From NCBI RefSeq assembly GCF_006345805.1, contig NW_021828884.1, forward strand, positions 1 through 7,407: a DNA stretch of 7,407 bases. The letters run 5' to 3'. Below the pieces are notes generated by a model that saw only the letters and a list, made by a program, of their open reading frames with translations, was not told the DNA's origin and searched no databases. Made by a program: the position numbers and the translations under genes. The stretch is from Octopus sinensis. Taxonomy: Eukaryota. The first letter of the stretch is position 1. Every line of letters starts with the position of its first letter. Of this stretch, positions 1 through 7,407 are shown piece after piece.

Positions 1-84
1 AATAAATTGTTTCTATTTGTAAGTCTAATAAAACTTATTCATAATTTTTATTTTGTTTTAAAAAATGTTGATATATTATCCTTT

Positions 85-146
85 CGGCAATTTGTCCAAT
101 CGGTCAATTGTCCCATCTGTAAGTTGTCTGTCGACCAATTGTCTGT
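85..146. repeat. Four-unit imperfect 15-16 bp tandem array
   Basis: Units: cggcaatttgtccaat (85-100), cggtcaattgtcccat (101-116), ctgtaagttgtctgt (117-131), cgaccaattgtctgt (132-146). They share a (c/a)a(a)ttgtc core. Confidence 0.7.
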
Positions 147-1726
147 CTAACACTTTTGTAGCAGTTCTACTGGGAACTCTATTCCAATTTCCTTTATATT
201 TCCCTTGATGCCTATTGATACTGTTCCCAAGGACCCAACAATAATTGCCATTATCTTCACCTTCTTCATTTTCCATAGCCGGGCTATTTCGCATTTAAGT
301 GGGTTGTATCTATATATTTATTTTTTTGCCTTCCTTCTTGACCATTCGTGGGTTTAAGGGGCATGCGACATCAACTATATAGCATATGTGATGCATCTTG
401 TCCACCACCACTAGGTCCGGTCTGTTATGCTCTAGCACCTGATGTGTTTGGATTGGGAAATCCCAGAGGATTTTGCTAGTTTCCGACCCCACCACTCTCT
501 GTAGTTTGTGCTCATAACATGTCTTGCCTCTCTCTAGCCTCCACTTTTCGCACAATTTCCAATGTAGCTACCTGGTCGTGTCGCCACAACTTGTGGGGCA
601 TTCGTTCGTGATATGGGCAATGATTTCAACCATTCTATTGCAGATGCGGTACAGCGGAGACACTTGCTCATTCCTAACATTCACACTCCAGTTCGTGACC
701 AAAGGTTAGTCTTGCGCTGCCAGTATAACGCTCTCGGTCTCTTTTTTTAGGGTTCCTTTCACCAGCCAATCCTACCTATTTTTTCCAGCATCTTCTGTGT
801 GGCTTCATGGAATTGATTGTGCAGTCCCGTCTTGCATAATTCTTCTTCATGTCCTTTTTCTACCTTGTTTTCCCTTTTTTCTCTGCTTTCAATACTCTCT
901 CGTTCCTAACTGTCACTAGAAAGGTTTCCTGACTTTGGGCTTGGTATCTCATTAAGCTACCGAGTTCGATACGCTCGTTGTCTTCCACATTTACCAATAC
1001 CCTTTCTCCATTTGCTCTCTTCATGTAAAGGCGATGATGGGCTCCATGTATTGTTAGGAGCTTTCTTGACTTCCTGTCCACTCCTATAGCTCTTCCTCTG
1101 TTTACTTCAGGAGTCCAGTGCCATACCGAACTACTGCGACTGCGTGCGAGTTTATTGCCGGAATTATGTTTCTGACATTCAGCTTTGAAGCCAATATTTT
1201 CCTCACTCACCGCAGGTACTCTCTTTTTTGGATTTTTTCCTTCATGCCGTGGTGCTTGATTCCATCTGCCTCAAGTATTCCCAGGTATTTATAGCTGGAT
1301 TGAGGTTGAATTGGCTTCATCATTTCACCACTTGGCAACCATATGCCTTTTGTCTTGGCAAGCTTTCCCAGTCTCATCATCATCGTAGCACATGAGAGTC
1401 CAAACTCTATCTTAACATCATTGGAGAAAATATGCACAGACTGGACTAGGCTGTTCAGTTCTGCCTAAGTTTTATGAATAGCTTCAGGTCATCCATGAAT
1501 AGCAAGTAGTTCAGTTTTCCATTACCTCTTCCCAGATCATACTTTTTTTCTGCAGTATTTCACTCAAGGAAGGGGGTCATTCTCAGCACGAATATTACTA
1601 TCCTCCTGGAAGATTCGACACTTGGTTTTCACCTCTCCTAGTATTTTCTTCCCTGATTTCAATTCCGTTCTCCAGCATTTCATGCTATTCCATATAAGGG
1701 TTGTCATATTTTCTGCAGCTCCATAC
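145..1726 (-). mobile_element. Decayed, 5'-truncated R4/Dong-clade-like non-LTR retrotransposon (RT + CCHC knuckle + restriction-like endonuclease), copy 1
   Basis: Manual translation across frameshifts gives: YGAAENMTTLIWNSMKCWRTELKSGKKILGEV..IFQEDS; KLNYLLFMDDLKLF (FMDD at 1488-1499); YKYLGILE; DRKSRKLLT; RLYMKR; WLVKGTLKKETESVILAAQD*; SPL(Y)RICNRMVEIIAHITNEC; KILWDFPIQTHQVLEHNRPDLVVVDK..IVDVACP (RLE); YNPLKCEIARLWKMKKVKIMAIIVGSLGTVS..ELLQK. There are multiple stops, frameshifts and deletions. Clade assignment rests on recalled motifs, not a search. Confidence 0.9.
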
Positions 1727-1757
1727 ATTATTATTATTTATTATATTATTATTATTA

Positions 1758-1792
<35 letters not shown>

Positions 1793-1828
1793 CATTATTA
1801 TCATTATTATTATTATTTATTATTATAT

Positions 1829-1883
<55 letters not shown>

Positions 1884-2115
1884 TATTATTTATTATTATT
1901 ATTATTTATTTATTAATTATTATTATTATTTATTTATTATATTATTATTATTTATTATTATTATTATTATTATTATTTATTTATTTATTATTATTATTAT
2001 TATTTATTATTATATTATTATTATTATTATTATTTTTATTTTTATTATCTTATTCTTATTATTTATTTATTATTATTATTTATTATTATTATTTATTATT
2101 ATTATTATATTATTA

Positions 2116-2180
<65 letters not shown>

Positions 2181-2181
2181 T
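1727..2181. repeat. Imperfect (ATT)n/(TAA)n trinucleotide microsatellite, ~455 bp
   Basis: Directly visible. It is interrupted by frequent single-base indels and a few ATC/CTT variants. Confidence 0.98.
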
Positions 2182-2210
2182 CAGTAGTCTTATTTTTATT
2201 GCTGCACACA

Positions 2211-3682
2211 CTGATCTTTTTACTGTGCATGATACCACTAACACTGATTCTGAGGAAAGCAAAGGCTGGGTATGTACTCAAAAGCCGCCAACAAAAAGTC
2301 ACCCATTTGTTATTCATGGATGACCTCAAACTTTATGGTAAAGATGAATCCCAAGTCAGTTCCCCCGTTGATACGGTGTATACTTTCAGTACTGATATCA
2401 GAATGGAGCTCGGACTGAAAAAATGTTGTGTGTTAGTCTTGAAGAAAGAAAAAATCAAATGTATGGACGGACTAACGATACTGTCGGGGGAGGTTATGAA
2501 GCAAATAGAAGTGGGCTATAAGTACTTGGGGATCTTGGAAATGGATAAAGTGATAGAAAAAGAAATGATAGAAAATTTAAGGTGGTGTACTTGCGCAGAC
2601 TGAGACTAATCCTTAAGTCGAAATTAAACGGACGGAATAAGATCGAAGCTATCAACACCTGGGTGGTTTCACTCCTTAGATATGGAGCAGGGGTAATCAC
2701 ATGGACAGTAGACGAACTAAACAGCTTAGACAGAAAGACAAGGAAGTTGCTGACTAGATATGGGAAACTCTCCCCCTAAAGTGACACAGACAGACTGTAT
2801 GTACCAAAATAAAAAAAAGAGGGGGAAGAGCACTGACTGGATGCGAACACAGCATTAGAGCAAAAGAAAACAACATAGCATGGTATGTAAAAAATGCCAC
2901 AGAACCGCTATTATTGGAAGACAACAAGGTATGTGATAAGGCTTGTGAAGGATGGAAGATTGCACAGATAAAGCACTGTACAAGCACTTGAGAATGAATG
3001 AAACTGAAAATAGGTGGATAAAGAAAAGAATGCATGGACAATTTCATAGGAATGTTTAAGATAAGACCAACAAAGATAAAAGATGTCTATGGACGACTAA
3101 AAGTACTTTAAAACCGGAAACGGAGGCACTAATCTGTGCTGCCCAAGAGCAAGTCCTAAGAACTAATTACATCAAATACAGAATAGATAACATATCAGAA
3201 AGTGATAAGAGCAGAATCTGTAGTCAAAATGGTGAAACCGTATGGCATATTGCCAGTCAATGTACGCCGCTACCCCAGAAGGAATATAAGAGACGTCATT
3301 GCAACAAAGCAAGGATTGTCCATTGGACACTTTGCAACAAGTATGGACTTGACAGAGCAAAAAAGTGGTACGATAATAAACCCGAAGGCATAATCGAAAA
3401 TGATGATGTAAAGATCCTATGGGATTTTATGATTCAGTGCGACCATGAGATAGAGAACAGGAAACTAGACATAGTGTTAATTGAGAAAGAAAGCAAACAA
3501 TGCTGGATCATAGATATATCTGACAACAAGGTATGTGATAAGGAAGAAAGAAAAGTCGAGAGATATGACAGGTTAGCTTGGGAGGTTAAGCAGTTGTGGT
3601 TGATGAAAAAGGTGGTAGTAGTACCAATAATTTTCGGAACCCTGGGAACAGTGAGTAAAAATCGTGAGAAGTACATGGAACA
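2211..3682 (+). mobile_element. Decayed R4/Dong-clade-like non-LTR retrotransposon (RT + CCHC + RLE), copy 2, truncated at both ends
   Basis: Translation gives: LIFLLCMIPLTLILRK..VTHLLFMDDLKLYGK (FMDD at 2313-2324); GYKYLGILE; YLRRLRLILKSKLNGRNKIEAINTW; DRKTRKLLT; MHGQF; KPETEALICAAQEQVLRTN; (S)RIC-x8-H-x4-C at 3210-3263; ILWDFMIQCDHEIENRKLDIVLIEK..IIDIS (RLE, PD changed to LD); VVVPIIFGTLGTVSKN. The frame is open from 3060 to 3797; stops and frameshifts lie upstream. Confidence 0.92.
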
Positions 3683-3793
<111 letters not shown>

Positions 3794-3882
3794 ATAATGG
3801 ATAATACAACGAATAGTTTACACCTGGTAGTTTACTGGTAAAGCATGGTCACTTTCACAGTGATCGTTATGTATATGGCAAA

Positions 3883-4061
3883 TGAAAGACGGAAGATGGA
3901 ATATACAAGAATTTAATATTAATCACGAAAATTGTTTCGACACATATAGCATCGAATCCTCATGGGTGGAACACTCAACAACTGTTTCAGGAGCATCCGA
4001 CAGTGCAGATGTGTCTCGTCGGGTGATAAATAAATACAATTCGTTAAAATAACTGTTCCGC
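3883..4061 (-). repeat. Pseudo-LTR copy A (3' end of the PLE, sense to the element)
   Basis: Reverse complement of 6027-6187. My hand alignment gives about 17 mismatches over about 160 aligned nt, plus an 18-nt segment present only in copy A. Confidence 0.9.
3917..4032 (-). ncRNA. Type I hammerhead ribozyme fold, copy A (damaged)
   Basis: Minus strand reads: stem I tatttatcac / CCGACGA / stem II gacacat ... 63-nt loop ... atgtgtc / GAAA C AATT TTC / stem I' gtgattaata. Helix III carries a G-to-T change (TTC instead of GTC). Confidence 0.7.
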
Positions 4062-5677
4062 TTGTAGAAAGAAAAGCAGCCAGACGGAGGAAATATCGTC
4101 ATTTATATAGAAGATAGCTATCTACTTGGTGTTTGTAAGAATGAGGAGGTTAAAAGTAAACTTAAGTCATCCCTACCTTAAAGTAAATTAAATTATGTTA
4201 ACGGTTACTCAAAATTCATTCCCACTCCATTGTGTGAAAGTACATTTATATGCCTGTAGGCATCTCGAGAGTCGTTTACAAATTCTATTAATGATCTTCT
4301 CGGTAGTCCACAGAATAGACAGGGATTCCTCGGAACAGAGATGGCATCTCCTGGAAAGTATATTATATGGTTTCGCGTACTTTACTATGGACCACTTTAA
4401 GCAGTACTTCATTCTATCCCCCTCCAGTCGCCATATAAAATCTGCCAAAGATATTGAATATCTTTTATTGACTGTCTTAAAGCTGGTGATGTGGTTACGA
4501 TAACGATTCTTAAATGAATCAGTCGTCTGCCTAATGTAAACATACGGCCCGCCCCTTGTCGCACGGTACATTTAGACACAAGATTTGTACTCATACAGAG
4601 ATTCATCAAAGGGCATTTTAATTTTTCTCTGCATGAGCATTTATCGTAATTATTTGTATATAAGACAGTCCTGACTCCATTTACCGGCGTTGTTGCCGTG
4701 TTAGCTGTATCATAAGTATCTCTACTACTACAAATTGATCGTAATTGGTGTTAATCATTGCGGTTTACATCTCCTTGGTTGGTATTTACATGTTCGCTAG
4801 ATCCAGTAGGTGGGTTATTGAACCTTTGTCGCATTTTGCTCTTGTTCATGCGATGCATAAGTTGCTCTAAATTAGCAGAGTTGGCGTAGGATACCTTCAC
4901 GGTGTGTCAATTAAAAAACAGCCTGATACCGATTAGATTTAGGAAAACACTTTCCAGAACAGCTGAAATATGCGAACCGAAAATCCGGTTGAACCAGAGG
5001 ACATCCTGATTTCTGTATCTGTCGCTAGGCTTATTTGAGCGAGGGTGTTGTACAGGATTGGAACAAGCAGTTGGATTATTATGTCGTGTGTGTCTATGAG
5101 TTTTCGTTGTTAGCTCATTGATATGACCAATTCTTCCTGGCCTGTGTTCTTTATCTGAATGGGTTCTCAAACCATGACGTTGTGGTCGTATACAATATGT
5201 ATCACAGTTGGAGGAATTACCAGTGTAGTGCATGCCAGCTTCTTGTATATACTGAATTTTTTCACGGTACCCAGCCCTAGCTAGAGCAACATTATAATAA
5301 GTTGCATGTGATTCGAAAATTTTATTATTAGCGGATAATCTAGAGATTCTTGTAGAAATATTCTTAATTTATCCCCGTATATTCGAGGGTGGATGGTTGG
5401 ATGCTACATTAATGTACTTAATGATAATTCGTGTTATAAAATGGTTCAAATAATCCAGTATCAAGACAGAAGATAGCGTCAAGAAAATTCACTCTACGAT
5501 AATCTTTACCAATAATAATGTTTAGTCCTAAATTTTTGAAAAGTCCAAAGAAATGTTTTCCTATGCCTTTCTAACTGTACTTTGTTACTTCTGTCCAGAA
5601 AAAATAAGACGTCATCCCTATATAGACACCCTGCTACATCTGGAAGGGAAGACAGGATTAATGAAAGGATATATATT

Positions 5678-5909
5678 TATTTCCTTACTGCCTACAAAGG
5701 GCTAAATATAGAGGGGACAAACAAGGACAGACAAAGGGATTAAGTCGATTACATCGACCCCAGTGCGTAACTGGTACTTTATTTATCGACCCCGAAAGGA
5801 TGAAAGGCAAAGTCGACCTCGGCGGAATTTGAACTCGGAACGTAACGGCGGACGAAATACGGCTACGCATTTCGCCCGGTGTGCTAACGTTTCTGCCAGC
5901 TCACCGCCT
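5678..5909 (-). mobile_element. Full-length tRNA-derived SINE (232 bp) with target-site duplication
   Basis: The head aggcggtgagctggcagaaacgttagc carries A- and B-box-like motifs. The central gactttgcctttcatcctttcggggtcgataaataaagtaccag block resembles a conserved metazoan SINE domain (recalled). There is an A-rich 3' end. TSD: AAAGGATATATATT (5664-5677) and AAAG-ATATATATT (5910-5922). Confidence 0.93.
5824..5898 (-). promoter_or_regulatory. Internal RNA Pol III promoter of the SINE (A box 5886-5898, B box 5824-5834)
   Basis: Minus strand TGGCAGAAACGTT (A-box-like) and GTTCAAATTCC (matches GTTCRANNC). Confidence 0.8.
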
Positions 5910-6026
5910 AAAGATATATATTCCGACTAGGTCACTGGCCTAAGCGGAATCCTATAAACCCATTATTATATCAAATGCATTCTCCCTATCTAATCTACTC
6001 CATAATCTACCATCAAAATATACATT

Positions 6027-6187
6027 GCGGAACAATTATTTTAACGAATTGTATTTATTTATCACCCGACGAGATACATATGAACCATTTGTTGAGTGTC
6101 CCGCCCACGAATAATCGATGCTAGATGTGTCGAAACAATTGTCGTGATTAATAATAAATTCTCGTATATTCGATCTTCCGTCCTTCA
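6027..6187 (+). repeat. Pseudo-LTR copy B (inverted, fused to the 5' truncation point of the PLE RT)
   Basis: Inverted match to 3883-4061. Its inner end joins RT codons directly (..ttgttccgc|aatgtatattttgat on the minus strand). Confidence 0.9.
6056..6153 (+). ncRNA. Type I hammerhead ribozyme fold, copy B
   Basis: Elements: stem I tatttatcac (6056-6065); core CCGACGA (6066-6072); stem II gatacat (6073-6079) pairing with atgtgtc (6125-6131); GAAA (6132-6135); helix III palindrome ACAATTGT (6135-6142); GTC cleavage triplet (predicted cut after 6143); stem I' gtgattaata (6144-6153, 9/10 Watson-Crick pairs). Confidence 0.78.
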
Positions 6188-6188
6188 A

Positions 6189-6235
6189 TGTGTGTGTGTC
6201 TATTTTGTGTGTTTGTGTGTGTGTCTGTGTGTGTG
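6189..6235. repeat. Imperfect (TG)n microsatellite
   Basis: Directly visible. It abuts the outer end of pseudo-LTR copy B. Confidence 0.9.
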
Positions 6236-6346
6236 CATGCATACATAATTGTGAATGACTGTATATTTTCTATTTATTCTTTCAGTCATTACATTGTGGC
6301 CATGCTGGGACAATGCTTTGAAGAATTTTAGTCAACGGATTACCCA

Positions 6347-6503
<157 letters not shown>

Positions 6504-7047
6504 GTTTCTATCAATAAGCACATATTTAGTAGTTTGTTTTCTTTAAGAAATATTTTTCTTAAATTTTATAATCAATAATTATATGATAATAAGTATTGTT
6601 TTTGGGCACTTTAATCTGGAGGTCCTCCAAGAGACGACGATACTGTTATTTAATCCCAGGAAGACATCTCCTCCCGCTGGTTTATTCAGAGTACTTCGCG
6701 CAAACGATATTTATTGCAAGTGGAGCTTCAAGACCACCAGCCCACGTGGTTTCGATCTGTACTGGATCTCCTCGATGGCTGGTACTCGTTCACCAAGCAT
6801 GGCATTAGTTTAACCTCGCTTGCAATATATACTTGATACAGTGCTATACAATCACTGATTTTGTAACTAAGAAACTAGTCCGTTAGCAAATCCCTGTTCG
6901 AGATAGAAGCTGAGTATATAGTCCCTTTACCAACTTAGCATTTGGAGTAATTTAATTAAATATAACAATGATATAATGACATAATTGTATCATTATTATT
7001 AATATTGTTGCTGTAGTTGCTGCTGTTATGACTATCATCAACAATAT

Positions 7048-7200
7048 GGTGAGCTGACAAAATCATTAGTAAGAAGAACGAAATGATTTCTCGCATTTTG
7101 TCCTTCTTACTCAGTTTTTGTTAACTTTGTTTTTCATAAATTTGGTATCTGTATAATTAATACCAGTTACCTGCTGGAGTCATAGAAATTCACTAATACC
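7048..7200 (+). mobile_element. Old, highly diverged relic of the same or a related tRNA-SINE family
   Basis: ggtgagctgacaaaatcattag..cgaaatg..gttaactttgtttttcat..taccagttac..ctggagtc..cactaa is colinear with the reverse complement of 5678-5909. The B-box region is deleted. Confidence 0.7.
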
Positions 7201-7277
7201 ATCTTCCTTGCTTCTGGAATTGTACATACAATTTTTATCGTTAATTTCATCTCAATTGTTATTACTATTGCAGATGT

Positions 7278-7407
7278 TTATTATTATTATTGAGTGAGAG
7301 AGCAGTGCATGCCATCAAAGTGACACTGGTGTAAAATACACGAAGCCCAGTTATACCCATCAGATACCCGTCTGATAAGGGTACACTAGGCATATGCATC
7401 ACAACCA
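7278..7407 (-). mobile_element. Probable 3' end of a retroposon with a short (TAA)n tail, running off the window edge
   Basis: Minus strand ..gatggcatgcactgctctctcactc-aataataataataa, with an abrupt compositional shift at 7292. I recall this sequence as a frequent Octopus repeat (unverified). Confidence 0.5.

Larger units (their letters stand above)
4209..6026 (-). pseudogene. PLE reverse transcriptase + C-terminal GIY-YIG endonuclease ORF, disrupted by stops, frameshifts and a SINE
   Basis: Translation gives: NVYFDGRLW..NAFDIIMGL*DSA*ASDLVGIYI[SINE]LSLILSSLPDVAGCLYRDDVL (YRDD at 5611-5622); GLFKNLGLNII..VNFLDAIFCLDTGLFEPF; KYINVASNHPP; ISRLSANNKIF..YYNVALARAGYREKIQY; VLWFN; FFN*HTVKVSY; CSCREKLKCPLMNLC (4595-4639); LVSKCTV..YVYIRQTTDSFKNRYRNH; LKWSIVKYAKPY..RRCHLCSEE..IINR..SRCLQ. 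The VY and YIG motifs have decayed to VS and YIR. Confidence 0.92.
3883..6187 (-). mobile_element. 5'-truncated Penelope-like element (Hydra-clade-like) with inverted pseudo-LTRs
   Basis: A disrupted RT-GIY-YIG ORF (4209-6026) lies between two inverted copies of a ~160-180 bp hammerhead-bearing segment (3883-4061 and 6027-6187). Confidence 0.88.

Noticed and set aside
1727-2181. Possible higher-order periodicity in the ATT array interruptions
   Set aside because: Interruptions are irregular single-base indels, consistent with slippage or long-read consensus error. I could not define a stable higher-order unit by eye.
1622-2329. Long ORFs 1622..2323, 1701..1916 and 2105..2329 (poly-I/Y/L/N)
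   Set aside because: These are translations of the (ATT)n microsatellite, not genes.
601-3263. First Cys of the CCHC knuckle altered in both R4 copies (Y in copy 1, S in copy 2)
   Set aside because: These are different single-base changes in heavily decayed copies and are most likely coincidental.
145-3682. The two R4-like elements as one inverted duplication or foldback
   Set aside because: Their encoded peptides differ substantially throughout (for example DFPIQTHQVLEHNRPD versus DFMIQCDHEIENRKLD). They are distinct subfamilies.
4907-4909. In-frame TGA as selenocysteine (Naiad PLEs encode selenoproteins)
   Set aside because: The position corresponds to the Arg of the recalled FNRxTVKVSY motif, so CGA-to-TGA deamination is simpler. 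The ORF also has TAA/TAG stops and frameshifts.
5824-5909. tRNA gene
   Set aside because: A and B boxes are present, but the segment is the head of a TSD-flanked SINE and I could not build a cloverleaf.
3883-6187. Inverted repeats as DNA-transposon TIRs
   Set aside because: There is no transposase and no TSD. The repeats contain a hammerhead fold in the PLE sense orientation at the 3' end and join RT codons directly, which fits pseudo-LTRs better.

Overview
This is eukaryotic, transposon-dense intergenic or intronic DNA with no supportable host gene. The tRNA-derived SINEs and microsatellite load resemble Octopus-type cephalopod DNA (from memory, not verified). Left to right, the window contains: (i) a decayed R4/Dong-like non-LTR retrotransposon on the minus strand (145-1726; RT, CCHC, RLE); (ii) a ~455 bp imperfect (ATT)n array; (iii) a second, different R4/Dong-like element on the plus strand (2211-3682), head-to-head with the first and cut off by (TATC)n; (iv) a 5'-truncated Penelope-like element (PLE) on the minus strand (3883-6187; RT YRDD plus C-terminal GIY-YIG, Hydra-clade-like Cys motifs), bracketed by ~170 bp inverted pseudo-LTRs. 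Each pseudo-LTR holds a type I hammerhead ribozyme fold with a CCGACGA (U4C) core, a palindromic helix III and an unusually long 45/63 nt loop II that seems to contain a second decayed set of core motifs; (v) a SINE with a 13-14 bp TSD inserted in the PLE RT; (vi) further microsatellites, an old SINE relic and a (TAA)n-tailed repeat end. Most ORFs in the supplied track are frameshifted fragments of these elements or microsatellite artefacts.
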